The notes: generated by a model not told the origin, from the letters alone. Positions 54,649 to 64,000 are shown, counted from the stretch's first letter. The stretch: 64,000 bases of DNA from Firmicutes bacterium UBA5559 (GCA_002425705.1 DIMT01000001.1:46221-110220), one strand, 5' to 3'. A program made the numbers and translations.

Positions 54649-56574
54649 ATGACTGAAACAAGGAAATTACAGCCAATCGCTGAAAACATAATCAACCGGA
54701 TCAAAGCCAATCCCTGGTGGGTCCTTCTTTTTGTCGCAGTAGCCGTTAAGTTTACGGTCTTTTATAAGCTGGTGCAGGTCACAGCCAATTTTCCCGTGGT
54801 GCTGCTGTTATCCTGTCTGATCACCTTCCTGATTCTCACCGGATTCCGGAATCGGTGGATGGCCTTTGCCGTCTATTTCGTCCTATCCTTTATTCTGTTT
54901 GCTGACATCACCTATTTCAGCTTCTTCAACCGATACCTGTCCCTGCAGATGCTGGGGGCGGCAGAAGTAATCGGAGACATCGGAGAAAGCATCAAAGCGG
55001 TGATGAAGCCGGTCAATTTTATGATGTTCCTGGATGTGATCCTGATGGGCATTCTTCTTGGAACAAAGAAGATTCCTTATAAAAAAAAACAGCAGAGCCT
55101 TCCTAAGGGAAAAAGATTTTTTCCTGGTGCCGCAGCAATACTCGTCCTGATCCTCATAGTCACCAACGTCACCGATTCCCGTTTGCTGACCTCCCTGTCC
55201 AACCAGGAATTCTACTCCTTCCGGCTCAAGGATACGGCTTCTGCGGTTTTCGGTGCCAGGGCCGATGCGGAAGTGGCTTTATCCTTTCCATATGAAAAGC
55301 AGAAGGATGGGCCTCTATTCGGCATTGCCGAGGGGCGGAATGTGATCGTGATACAGATAGAATCCCTCCAGAACTTTGTGATCGGCCGGGAATACAACGG
55401 CCAGGAGATCACGCCCTACCTGAACCGGCTGATCGAATCCAACACCATCTATTTTAACAATTTCTATCAACAGACCGGCAGTGGAAATACATCCGATGCG
55501 GAATTTGCTATAAACAATTCGATTTTGGGAACCCTGACCAGCTATACAAACAAGATTTATCCCAACAATACCTATCGGGGACTTCCTGTTCTTTTAAAAG
55601 AAAGGGGTTATTCCACGGCTGTTTACCATGCCCACGAATCCAGAGGTTTCTGGAATCGGGAGGCGTTTTACCCTGCCGGGGGATTCGATACTTTCTACGG
55701 CGGGATCATCAACGACACTCAGAATCGGCCTAATGGCAATTTCATGATGACCGAGTGGATGGGCTGGGGTCTGACGGATACGGAATTTTATAAACAGGTG
55801 ATTCCTTACATGAAAGAGGAAAAGGCCCCCTTCTATTCCTTCATCATCACCCTGTCCAACCATCATCCTTACGTGATGCTGGACCATTACAATTACATCG
55901 AGCTGTTGCCGGAGCATAAGGATACCCTGGCAGGCAATTACCTGAACAGCGCCGCCTATACCGACTATGCCATCGGCCAGCTGCTTGAGGACCTGAGGTT
56001 GGAAGGTCTCTATGAAAATTCCATATTTGTCTTGTATGGCGACCATTCCGGGTTGGTCAAGGAAGCGGAGACGGACCGGGTGATGAAGGACATTTTAGGG
56101 AAGGATTATGACTTCGAAGAAGTAATGCGGGTTCCCCTGATCATCCATTTGCCGGAGCAGGGCCTCCATGTACCGGAAAGCAACGGGAATTTTAAACAGA
56201 CGGTTTCCATTGCCGGCGGCCAGCTGGATTTTCTGCCCACTATGGCTTACTTGATGGGATTCCCGGAACTGGACACCATTTATCTGGGTCAGAACCTGCT
56301 GACTGCCAAAACCGGATTTGTAGCCCAGCACACCTTTATGGTCAAAGGCTCCTTCTTTCTGGATGAAATCGCCTATGAAATGTCCCGGGACGGCATTTTT
56401 GACAATGGACGGGCCTGGAATACCAAGACAGGAGAACCCGTCTCGCTGGAAGGCCTGGAACCCTATTATCGCCGTTCGGTCAGTATTTCTGAGACATCCC
56501 AGTATCTGCTGGATCAGGATGTCATCCGACAGGTATACGTGGAGGGAAAGAGTTTGGATGAGGTGCTGCCATGA
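54649..56574 (+). CDS. LTA synthase family protein (polytopic N-domain plus extracellular sulfatase domain)
   Basis: ATG 54649 follows AGGAGAG. About 5 TM spans precede the sulfatase core (VIQIESLQNF, GSGNTSDAEFAINNS, LSNHHPY, LYGDH). Confidence 0.85.
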   Translation: MTETRKLQPIAENIINRIKANPWWVLLFVAVAVKFTVFYKLVQVTANFPVVLLLSCLITFLILTGFRNRWMAFAVYFVLSFILFADITYFSFFNRYLSLQMLGAAEVIGDIGESIKAVMKPVNFMMFLDVILMGILLGTKKIPYKKKQQSLPKGKRFFPGAAAILVLILIVTNVTDSRLLTSLSNQEFYSFRLKDTASAVFGARADAEVALSFPYEKQKDGPLFGIAEGRNVIVIQIESLQNFVIGREYNGQEITPYLNRLIESNTIYFNNFYQQTGSGNTSDAEFAINNSILGTLTSYTNKIYPNNTYRGLPVLLKERGYSTAVYHAHESRGFWNREAFYPAGGFDTFYGGIINDTQNRPNGNFMMTEWMGWGLTDTEFYKQVIPYMKEEKAPFYSFIITLSNHHPYVMLDHYNYIELLPEHKDTLAGNYLNSAAYTDYAIGQLLEDLRLEGLYENSIFVLYGDHSGLVKEAETDRVMKDILGKDYDFEEVMRVPLIIHLPEQGLHVPESNGNFKQTVSIAGGQLDFLPTMAYLMGFPELDTIYLGQNLLTAKTGFVAQHTFMVKGSFFLDEIAYEMSRDGIFDNGRAWNTKTGEPVSLEGLEPYYRRSVSISETSQYLLDQDVIRQVYVEGKSLDEVLP

Positions 56575-58565
56575 GGGAACTGCCCCGGGAACTGAAAAGT
56601 TTTCTGGCCCGTTTCTTTGCCTGGATCCTGATTGTCCTGATGGTGCTGAATCCGATGAACAGCTCCTTCTTAGCCGGAATAGGAAAGCAGGATATCTTTC
56701 TCCATCACCTTCGGGATCTGGTCCATTTCCTGGATCAGGAAGAGGAATCGGAGATTCCCTTGATCCAGCCCGATACCAGAGGCTGGAAAGAACACCCTCT
56801 TTTTGGCCTGGCCAAAGGGCGGAATCTGATCATGATTCAGTTGGAATCGGTCCAGGGATTCACCATCGACATGGAATACAAGGGAGAGCCGGTGACCCCT
56901 TTCCTCAGTCAGCTGACCCGAAATGAGGAAACTCTCTATTTTGAAAATTTCTTCCATCAATTGGGGAGCGGCAATACCTCCGATGCGGAATTTGCCGCCA
57001 ATAACGGGCTGTTGGGGTCCCTGGACAGCTATACCTACCAGCTATACCAGGATAACTATTTCAAGGGCCTGCCGGTCTTGCTTAAAGAGGAGGGCTACAG
57101 CACCTCCGTATTTCATGGATTCCGGAAGGATTTCTGGAATCGGGAAAACATTTATCCGGCCCTGGGCTTTGACCGGTTCGTTGGGGGAGAGGACTTTATC
57201 AGCGATGAGATTGCCGGTTTGGGAAGCCAGCGGATTACCGGTGTCAGCGACCGGGAATTTTTCCGTCAGTCGGCTGATGTGATGGCGGAACTGCCCCAGC
57301 CCTTTTACAGTTTTTTGATCACTCTCAGCAACCACTATCCTTTTCTAACACCTGAAGGGTTTAACAACCTGAACATACAGCCGGAAGACAAGACGATCTG
57401 CACCGATTACCTGAACCTGGTTCGATATACCGACGATTCGGTGGAAGCCTTTTTTCAGGAACTGAAAGAACAGGATCTTTACGACAACGCCATCATCGTT
57501 CTCTATGGAGATCATTTTGGCATGCCCAAATCCGACCCGGATATTGCTGCCCGCATGGGTGAGCTGCTGGGTCGGGAGTACGGATACCTGGATTTGATGC
57601 GGGTACCCTTCTTGATTCATATGCCAGGTGTGGAAGTCGGGGAAACCCTTTCCATTGCCGGGGGACAGCTGGATATTCTGCCAACGCTGGCATTTTTACT
57701 TGGAATGGAAGAACCGGAAACCCTGTACCTGGGACAGAATCTGCTGGCCGCAAGCCACGGTTTTGTACCGTTCCAGGTCCAACTGCTCAAGGGATCCTTT
57801 GTCAATGACCAGGTGCTCCTGGAAGCCTCCCGGGACGGCATTTTCGAAAACAGCCGGGCCTACGATTTGGTAACGGGAGAAGAAATCGGAGATGTGAGCC
57901 CCTGGCAGGAGGATTATATCCGAGCCGCAGAGCTGGTGGACCTGTCCCGGCTCTATCTGGAAAAGGACATCCTGAGGCTGGCCCTGGAACAGAGCATGAG
58001 CCAGGGGGAAATCACCCAGTACCTGTCCGGTACCGGGACCCTGCCAAAACGGCCTTTATACCAATATGTGGAGACTTCAGATAAAGAAGGGCTGGACCGG
58101 ATCGTCCAAACCCTGAAGAAGGACCCGTCGGCTTCTGTTCTGCTTTCCTCGGATCAGACGGAAATCCTGCTGAAGGAATTTACCAGCCGATATTCCGGCA
58201 GAAGCGGGGAACCGGGAGCTATCCAGTCGGTGGATGAAGAACAGAACCGGCAGTTCCTCTCCTATAAGGAGCGGATTTTACCTGCCACGGGAGATATGAA
58301 GGTTTATGCCAAGCTGGAATATTCCGGCTATCCTAGCCTGGCCTTTGAGCTCCATCCGGAAGATTACTCCCGGGAGGAGCTGGTTCGGTTCCTGGGACAG
58401 AAAAAACCAGCTATGCTGGTGGTCCGGGGAGAAGATCTGACCCAGTATTCGGGGCTGTTGCAAAACCTGAGGATTCCCTTTTTAGTGAAAAATATTGCTG
58501 GCGAAGGCCAGCGGGCTCTGGCAGCCATGCTGGGAGCTTACGGAACCGTTATTGATGAAGATTGA
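56571..58565 (+). CDS. LTA synthase-like sulfatase with a single TM anchor and an extra C-terminal domain
   Basis: It overlaps the upstream gene by 4 nt (ATGA). It has one TM span, then MIQLESVQGF, GSGNTSDAEFAANNG, LSNHYPF, LYGDH, and a further unassigned stretch of about 190 aa. Confidence 0.8.
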   Translation: MRELPRELKSFLARFFAWILIVLMVLNPMNSSFLAGIGKQDIFLHHLRDLVHFLDQEEESEIPLIQPDTRGWKEHPLFGLAKGRNLIMIQLESVQGFTIDMEYKGEPVTPFLSQLTRNEETLYFENFFHQLGSGNTSDAEFAANNGLLGSLDSYTYQLYQDNYFKGLPVLLKEEGYSTSVFHGFRKDFWNRENIYPALGFDRFVGGEDFISDEIAGLGSQRITGVSDREFFRQSADVMAELPQPFYSFLITLSNHYPFLTPEGFNNLNIQPEDKTICTDYLNLVRYTDDSVEAFFQELKEQDLYDNAIIVLYGDHFGMPKSDPDIAARMGELLGREYGYLDLMRVPFLIHMPGVEVGETLSIAGGQLDILPTLAFLLGMEEPETLYLGQNLLAASHGFVPFQVQLLKGSFVNDQVLLEASRDGIFENSRAYDLVTGEEIGDVSPWQEDYIRAAELVDLSRLYLEKDILRLALEQSMSQGEITQYLSGTGTLPKRPLYQYVETSDKEGLDRIVQTLKKDPSASVLLSSDQTEILLKEFTSRYSGRSGEPGAIQSVDEEQNRQFLSYKERILPATGDMKVYAKLEYSGYPSLAFELHPEDYSREELVRFLGQKKPAMLVVRGEDLTQYSGLLQNLRIPFLVKNIAGEGQRALAAMLGAYGTVIDED

Positions 58566-58580
58566 GACGAGAGGTGACCT

Positions 58581-59942
58581 ATGACGGGAGATTATCCGAT
58601 TTTACTGTTGGTTCTTGCTTTGGCAGCCGGGATCCTATCTGTGATCCTGCTGTTTCTGATTCTGGCCAAGCTGAATCGGAGCAACCCGGGGGCGGAAACC
58701 CAGAAAATCCTGGACCTGCTGCGTCAGGTGGAAATCGAAAGCGAAAAAGAGGTCCGGGAAGCCCGGCAGGAGCTGATGAATGAGCTGCGGGCTACCCGTC
58801 AGGAGCTGATGCAGACCACCCAGAGCAACATTCGGTCTATGGCCGAAATCCTTTCCGAAAGCCAGAAAAATTCATCGGAGGCCCAGGACATGCGGCTGGC
58901 GGAACTGAACCGCCAGATCGAAACCATGACCTCCCAGAACGAAAAGAAGCTGGAAGGGATCCGGACCACCATGGAGCAGAAGATCAATTCTCTGCAGGAA
59001 GACAACAGCCGTCAGCTGGATCTGATGCGGAACACCGTGGACGAAAAGCTGCAAAAAACTCTGGAGGAGCGGATCGGCCAGTCCTTCAAGCTGGTCAGCG
59101 ACCGGCTGGAGCAGGTTTACAAAGGCCTTGGGGAAATGCAGACCCTGGCCAACGGGGTTGGGGACTTGAAAAAGGTCCTGTCCAACGTGAAGACCCGGGG
59201 AATCCTGGGAGAAATCCAGCTGGGAGCCATTCTGGATCAGATTCTTTCCAAAGAACAATACGAAGAAAACATTACCACCAAGGGCTCGGGCTCCGAGCGG
59301 GTGGAATTTGCCATCAAACTGCCGGGGGATGAGGACGGGGTGGTTTACCTGCCCATCGATGCTAAGTTCCCGGGGGATTCCTATGCCAAATTAGTGGATG
59401 CCTACGAAGGGGGCCGGCCGGAGGAAATCGACGAAGCGGTCAAGGGCCTGGAAAAGGCGCTGAAGAAAGCGGCCAAGGACATCCACGACAAATACATCGA
59501 TCCGCCCCATACCACCGACTTCGGCATCATGTTCCTCCCCTTTGAAGGTCTCTATGCAGAAGCCGTCCGGCGGGGCATGGTGGAAACCCTTCAGCGGGAA
59601 TACAAGATCAACATAGCCGGGCCCACCACCATGGCCGCCCTGCTCAACAGCCTTCAGATGGGCTTCAAGACCCTGGCCATTCAGAAGCATTCCAGCCAGG
59701 TATGGGATATCCTGGGGGCCGTCAAGACGGAGTTTGATAAATTTGGCAACGTTTTGGCAGCGACTCAGCAGCGGATCACCCAGGCCAACGCGGAGCTGGA
59801 TAAGCTGATCGGTGTCCGCACCAGAAGCATTCAGCGAAAACTGAGCAACGTGGTCCGGATCGGAGAAAGTGAGAGCACTATCCTGCTGGGACTGGATGCT
59901 CCGGAGGATTCCCTGCCCCTTTTAGAGAATGAGGAAGAGTAA
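58581..59942 (+). CDS. rmuC: DNA recombination protein RmuC
   Basis: An N-terminal TM span and a long coiled coil precede the RmuC core (KTRGILGEIQLGAILDQIL, VYLPIDAKFP, FGIMFLPFEGLYAE). Confidence 0.9.
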   Translation: MTGDYPILLLVLALAAGILSVILLFLILAKLNRSNPGAETQKILDLLRQVEIESEKEVREARQELMNELRATRQELMQTTQSNIRSMAEILSESQKNSSEAQDMRLAELNRQIETMTSQNEKKLEGIRTTMEQKINSLQEDNSRQLDLMRNTVDEKLQKTLEERIGQSFKLVSDRLEQVYKGLGEMQTLANGVGDLKKVLSNVKTRGILGEIQLGAILDQILSKEQYEENITTKGSGSERVEFAIKLPGDEDGVVYLPIDAKFPGDSYAKLVDAYEGGRPEEIDEAVKGLEKALKKAAKDIHDKYIDPPHTTDFGIMFLPFEGLYAEAVRRGMVETLQREYKINIAGPTTMAALLNSLQMGFKTLAIQKHSSQVWDILGAVKTEFDKFGNVLAATQQRITQANAELDKLIGVRTRSIQRKLSNVVRIGESESTILLGLDAPEDSLPLLENEEE

Positions 59943-59948
59943 ACTTTT

Positions 59949-60647
59949 ATGAGAATATTTGCTATCGGAGATCTGCATCTGTCCCTTTCTGAGGGGACCC
60001 AGAAGCCCATGGACATTTTTGGTCCTGACTGGGTGAATCACGCAGAACGAACCAGGAAAAGTTGGATGGAAACCGTCCGGGAGCAAGATCTGGTCATTCT
60101 GGCGGGGGATCACAGCTGGGCCCTGAAGCTGGAGGAAGCCCGGGAGGACCTGGAGTGGATCAGCAGCCTGCCGGGTAAAAAGGTTCTGGTCAAGGGGAAC
60201 CACGATCTTTGGTGGTCCTCCATCAACAAGCTGTCCGGCCAGTACCCGGACCTGTTCTTTATCCAGAACAACTGCTATATGGAAGGGAAACTGGCCATTT
60301 GCGGCACCCGGGGATGGATTTGTCCCGGGGACCGGGATTATACCGCCCATGACGACAAGATCTACAAAAGGGAAATCATGCGGCTGAAAGCCTCCTTGGA
60401 TGCAGCAGTGGCTGCCGGAGCAGAAGAAATCATCGGAGCGCTCCACTTCCCTCCCACCAACGATAAACAGCAGAGTTCGGGATTTACTGAATGTTTTTCC
60501 CAATATGGGGTAAAAATGGTAGTATACGGTCATCTTCACGGAAAGGATGCCTACACCAAAGGAATCGAGAGCAACCTGAACGGTACGGAATACCGGCTGG
60601 TATCCCTGGACAAGCTTCAGTGCCGGCCTCTTCTGATCCGGGAGTAG
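59949..60647 (+). CDS. Calcineurin-like metallophosphoesterase
   Basis: MRIFAIGDLHL, LAGDHSW, VKGNHDLWW, and VYGHLHG. Confidence 0.8.
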   Translation: MRIFAIGDLHLSLSEGTQKPMDIFGPDWVNHAERTRKSWMETVREQDLVILAGDHSWALKLEEAREDLEWISSLPGKKVLVKGNHDLWWSSINKLSGQYPDLFFIQNNCYMEGKLAICGTRGWICPGDRDYTAHDDKIYKREIMRLKASLDAAVAAGAEEIIGALHFPPTNDKQQSSGFTECFSQYGVKMVVYGHLHGKDAYTKGIESNLNGTEYRLVSLDKLQCRPLLIRE

Positions 60648-60663
60648 GAGAAAGGACAGAACT

Positions 60664-61851
60664 ATGAGCGGAACTGCAATACAGAGGGTCATCCTCATCG
60701 TCCTGGACAGCCTGGGAATCGGCCAGCTGCCCGACGCGGAAAAATACGGAGACAAGGGAGCCGATACGTTTTCCCACATTCTTCGGTCCAAGCCCGATTT
60801 AGCCATACCAGGTCTGCTGGATTTAGGCTTTGGCAACATTGAAGGACTGGCTGGAGGCAAGCTTGCCCGGCCCTCGGTCCGGGGAGCCTTTGGCCGGCTG
60901 GGAGAGCGTTCCACCGGCAAGGATACCATCACCGGTCACTGGGAAATCGCCGGACTATTGACAGAAACCCCCTTTAAGACCTACCCGGATGGATTTCCCC
61001 GGGAGTTCATGGATGCCTATGAAAAGGCCATCGGCATCGGCACCATTGGAAATGTGGCTGCTTCCGGCACGGTCATCATCGAGGAATTGGGAGAGGAACA
61101 CGAAAAAACTGGGAAGCCCATCGTCTATACCTCAGCGGACAGCGTCTTTCAGATCGCAGTCAACATCGACGTGGTGCCCTTGGAAACCTTATACAAATAT
61201 TGTGAAATCGCCCGGGAAATGCTGGTGGGCGAATTTGCCTGCGGCCGTGTCATCGCCCGGCCTTACCGGATCACAGGCGGACAGCGGCAGCGGACCTCAG
61301 ACCGGAAGGATTACGCCGTTTCTCCTCCAGCCAAAACCATGCTGAACCTCCTGTCGGAGGCTGGAAGGGAAGTGGTGGCTGTTGGCAAGATCAGCGATAT
61401 TTTCAACGACAGCGGTATCACCGACTCGGTCCATACGGAAAGCAACATGGACGGGGTGGATAAGACTCTGGAAGCCATGAAAAAAGACTTCACCGGCCTG
61501 ATTTTCACCAATCTGGTGGACTTTGATTCCAAATTCGGCCATCGCCGGGATGCTACCGGATACGGCCATGCCATCGAAGAATTTGACCACCGGCTGCCGG
61601 AAATCCTGGCGGCCATGAAGGAGTCGGATGTGCTGATGCTCTGCGCCGACCACGGCAACGATCCTGCTCACAGCGGATGGGACCACACCCGGGAATACGT
61701 TCCCCTGGTCATTTTCGGACAGCCCATTAAGGCCGGTGCCGACTTGGGAACCCGGGAAAGCTTCGCCGATATCGGAGCCACTATTACAGAAATATTCCAG
61801 TCCGGAAAAACCCAGATCGGGGAAAGCTTTCTGGCAGAGATCAGAAACTAA
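60664..61851 (+). CDS. deoB: Phosphopentomutase
   Basis: RVILIVLDSLGIGQLPDAEKYGD, TGHWEIAG, TSADSVFQIA, and DHGNDP. Confidence 0.95.
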   Translation: MSGTAIQRVILIVLDSLGIGQLPDAEKYGDKGADTFSHILRSKPDLAIPGLLDLGFGNIEGLAGGKLARPSVRGAFGRLGERSTGKDTITGHWEIAGLLTETPFKTYPDGFPREFMDAYEKAIGIGTIGNVAASGTVIIEELGEEHEKTGKPIVYTSADSVFQIAVNIDVVPLETLYKYCEIAREMLVGEFACGRVIARPYRITGGQRQRTSDRKDYAVSPPAKTMLNLLSEAGREVVAVGKISDIFNDSGITDSVHTESNMDGVDKTLEAMKKDFTGLIFTNLVDFDSKFGHRRDATGYGHAIEEFDHRLPEILAAMKESDVLMLCADHGNDPAHSGWDHTREYVPLVIFGQPIKAGADLGTRESFADIGATITEIFQSGKTQIGESFLAEIRN

Positions 61852-61884
61852 CCCATCGATATGCAGAAAGGGAGGTTGAGTCCA

Positions 61885-63189
61885 ATGAATATGGTAGACA
61901 TCATCCTGAAAAAACGGGAGGGGGAGAAGCTCTCACCTCAAGAAATACAGCACTTTATCAATGGCTATACCAAGGGAGATATTCCCGATTATCAGGCTTC
62001 GGCTCTGCTGATGGCTATCTATTTCCAGGGTATGGATAAAGAGGAAACCTATCAGCTGACCAAGGCCATGAAGGAATCGGGGGATGTGGTGGACCTTTCT
62101 GCCATCAGCGGCATCAAGGTGGATAAGCACAGCACCGGCGGAGTAGGGGACAAAACCACCCTGGTGGTGGGCCCTCTGGCGGCTGCCTGCGGTGTTCCCG
62201 TGGCCAAGATGAGCGGCCGGGGACTGGGATTTACCGGCGGTACCGTGGATAAAATGGAATCCATCCCTGGATTCCGAACCACGTTGGAAGAAGAAGAGTT
62301 CATGGAGCTTGTCAACCGGGTTGGCTTGTCGGTCATCGGTCAGACGGCTCATATCGCCCCGGCGGATAAAAAACTCTATGCCCTGCGGGACGTGACGGCT
62401 ACGGTGGATAATCTGAGCCTGATTACTGCCAGCATCATGAGCAAGAAGCTGGCCTCTGGCAGCGATGCCATCGTCCTGGATGTCAAGTGCGGCAATGGGG
62501 CTTTTATGGAAAATCTGGAAGAAGCGGTGGAGCTGGCAAAGGGCATGGTGGACATCGGCAATGCCGACGGCAAGAAGACCATCGCCGTCATCACCGATAT
62601 GAATCAGCCTCTGGGCCATGCAGTGGGAAACAGCAACGAGGTCATCGAAGCCATCGAAACCCTGAAAGGGAAGGGCCCGGTCGACATCACCCAGCTGGCC
62701 CTGACCTTGTCCGGCATCATGATTTATGCCGGTGGCCACGCGGAAACCATGGAAGAGGGAATGGAAAAGGCGAAAGAGGCCCTTCACAGCGGCCGGGCTT
62801 TGGAAAAACTGGCCAGCTTCATTGAAGGCCAGGGGGGAGACCCCGCCGTTGTAGAAGACTACAGTCTATTTCCCCAGCCCACCACCTATCAAAAGGTCCT
62901 GGCCCAGGAATCGGGATATGTCACTGAAATCCAGGCCCGTTCCATCGGCCTGGCCTCTCAGCACAGCGGCGCCGGCCGGGAAAAAAAGGAAGATCCCATT
63001 GACCTGTCCGCCGGCATCATCCTGCGTAAAAAGGTGGGGGACGTGGTAGCTAAAGGCGACGTGCTGGCAGAAGTATCCGGCCGGGACTCCCTGAAAGTCC
63101 GATTAGCAGCCGAAGAAGCCGCCAAGGCTTTCACCATCGGCCCGGCAGCACCGGAACTGGGACCGATAATTATCAGGATTATTGACTAA
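61885..63189 (+). CDS. pdp: Pyrimidine-nucleoside (thymidine) phosphorylase
   Basis: ATG 61885 lies 9 nt after GGAGG. IILKKREGEKLS, DKHSTGGVGDKTTL, and SGRGLGFTGGTVDK are present. Confidence 0.93.
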   Translation: MNMVDIILKKREGEKLSPQEIQHFINGYTKGDIPDYQASALLMAIYFQGMDKEETYQLTKAMKESGDVVDLSAISGIKVDKHSTGGVGDKTTLVVGPLAAACGVPVAKMSGRGLGFTGGTVDKMESIPGFRTTLEEEEFMELVNRVGLSVIGQTAHIAPADKKLYALRDVTATVDNLSLITASIMSKKLASGSDAIVLDVKCGNGAFMENLEEAVELAKGMVDIGNADGKKTIAVITDMNQPLGHAVGNSNEVIEAIETLKGKGPVDITQLALTLSGIMIYAGGHAETMEEGMEKAKEALHSGRALEKLASFIEGQGGDPAVVEDYSLFPQPTTYQKVLAQESGYVTEIQARSIGLASQHSGAGREKKEDPIDLSAGIILRKKVGDVVAKGDVLAEVSGRDSLKVRLAAEEAAKAFTIGPAAPELGPIIIRIID

Positions 63190-63250
63190 TATAGAAAAAT
63201 AAGGCATGGGAATATCGACTTGACATAAGAGAACCTGCTTTATGACGAAG

Positions 63251-63276
63251 AAAAACTCCGAGTTTCGGAGTTTTTT
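63251..63276. terminator. Bidirectional rho-independent terminator between pdp and the toxin gene
   Basis: AAAAA-CTCCGA-GTT-TCGGAG-TTTTTT, with an A-run upstream and a T-run downstream. Confidence 0.85.
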
Positions 63277-63302
63277 CAGCTTCTGCATAAGGGTTCGATT
63301 GA

Positions 63303-63566
63303 TTAATAGATGGCACTTCGGTGCCCTGTTTCAATTATGATAATAATAACGTTGTAGTCATCAATGTTTGCGAGAATTCTGTAATCACCGACTCGGTAAG
63401 ACCATTCGCCTTGATGATTTCCCTTCAGTGCCTTCCCATATGATTTTGGATCATTGCAATCAACTAATTTTTCTTCAATATAGGAAAGTATTAATGCAGC
63501 GATTTTTCGATCCATTTTTTTTAATTGCCGCACTGCATGACTAGTGTATTCAACTTGGTACTTCAT
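63303..63566 (-). CDS. relE: RelE/ParE-family type II toxin
   Basis: 87 aa. The KYQVEYTSHAVRQLKKMD....I...I..L...P...GK.L.G...G.W.YRVGDYRI...I.D....I.I...GHR pattern is present. It overlaps the upstream antitoxin gene by 4 nt. Confidence 0.85.
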   Translation of the reverse strand: MKYQVEYTSHAVRQLKKMDRKIAALILSYIEEKLVDCNDPKSYGKALKGNHQGEWSYRVGDYRILANIDDYNVIIIIIETGHRSAIY

Positions 63567-63781
63567 AGGCCAAGCTCACGTTTTACTTCATCATGGGTTA
63601 GCCGCGGTTTGTCTTTTTCTTCTTCCCAAACCTTATTGAATAGAGCAAGGTTGTACTCTTCTTCAATTTTTTCGATGGCGGCCTCCCTAATAAATGTTGA
63701 TAAATCAACATTGTGGAGTTCGGCATATTTGCGGATCAAAATGTCATCTTTTTCGCTAAGCCGCAAGGATATGGTACTCAT
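63563..63781 (-). CDS. Ribbon-helix-helix type II antitoxin (RelB/DUF6290-like)
   Basis: 72 aa. MSTISLRLSEKDDILIRKYAELHNVDLSTFIREAAIEKIEEEYN looks like an RHH N-terminus. It sits upstream of and is translationally coupled to the toxin. Confidence 0.75.
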   Translation of the reverse strand: MSTISLRLSEKDDILIRKYAELHNVDLSTFIREAAIEKIEEEYNLALFNKVWEEEKDKPRLTHDEVKRELGL

Positions 63782-63825
63782 AATAACTCCTTTCTATTCT
63801 ATGCTAAGGTATAGCAGACAGACGT

Positions 63826-63844
63826 GTAATACAATGTATTACAA
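63826..63844. promoter_or_regulatory. Palindromic candidate operator upstream of the TA operon
   Basis: TGTAATAC-AAT-GTATTACA (8-bp perfect arms), 45 nt upstream of the antitoxin start. A flanking inverted pair TATGCTA (63801-07) / TAGCATA (63852-58) is also present. Confidence 0.45.
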
Positions 63845-64000
63845 TAATCGTAGCATATGTTTTGAAAAGAGTCAACGTCATATTGTAGATTTATTTCTAA
63901 TCTATCCAATGCTGTATTCACAATTAAGAAGAAAAGAGTGAAGGGGGTGTTGTACAAGGGTTATCTTAATGTTAGCCGCTGCAATCCCGTAAGTCAATGG

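Noticed and set aside
59922-60932. 336-aa minus-strand ORF spanning the rmuC end, the metallophosphoesterase and the deoB start.
   Set aside because: It crosses three well-supported plus-strand genes and two intergenic spacers. Its composition is Pro/Ser/Arg-rich and it has no motif. It is a shadow ORF.
1-64000. Search for tRNA, rRNA, tmRNA, CRISPR arrays, transposases, integrases and phage genes.
   Set aside because: None was recognised. The intergenic gaps are short and are accounted for by promoters, terminators, the T-box and the small ORF. This was a by-eye inspection only, so small ncRNAs cannot be excluded.

Overview
This is a 64-kb chromosomal segment from a Bacillota (Firmicutes) genome, probably a Clostridia-class anaerobe. 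Supporting signs are a PolC-type replicase, a T-box leader, sortases, and a gene order like B. subtilis: pyrH-frr-uppS-cdsA-dxr-rseP ... polC, then rimP-nusA-ylxR-ylxQ-infB-rbfA-nrnA-truB-ribF-rpsO-pnp. I call about 67 CDS, almost all on the + strand. Most are housekeeping: rimM/trmD, the dcw-distal yggS-sepF-yggT-divIVA block, lspA-rluD, rqcH, yicC-gmk-rpoZ, rpsB-tsf-pyrH-frr, isoprenoid and lipid genes, argCJBD, two LtaS-like sulfatases, rmuC and deoB-pdp. I saw no rRNA, tRNA, CRISPR array, transposase or integrase. The main accessory content is about 12 kb inserted between polC and rimP (24.7-36.7 kb). Part (a) is a surface-display locus. It has a wHTH-BTAD (SARP-like) regulator whose C-terminus looks like a dead GGDEF domain that keeps an RxxD I-site. 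It also has two AT-rich repeat adhesins ending in a VPQTG sorting signal, each followed by a stem-loop and its own class B sortase, plus a small unknown protein. Both adhesin operons share a TGAAACY direct-repeat promoter architecture. Part (b) is two diverged phenylacetate-CoA-ligase/ACT modules, the second behind a clear T-box leader whose specifier is probably UUC (Phe). Other points: PolC appears to lack the inserted DnaQ-like exonuclease domain but keeps all nine PHP metal ligands. A 45-aa CxxC...CxxC ORF is missing from the ORF track. A perfect 28-bp inverted repeat brackets the pnp/MFS convergent terminator. IF2 carries 36-nt tandem repeats. A RelE-type toxin-antitoxin pair sits in an AT-rich patch at the 3' edge. 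All product calls come from motif recognition by eye, with no database search or folding program, and start codons were chosen from RBS spacing.
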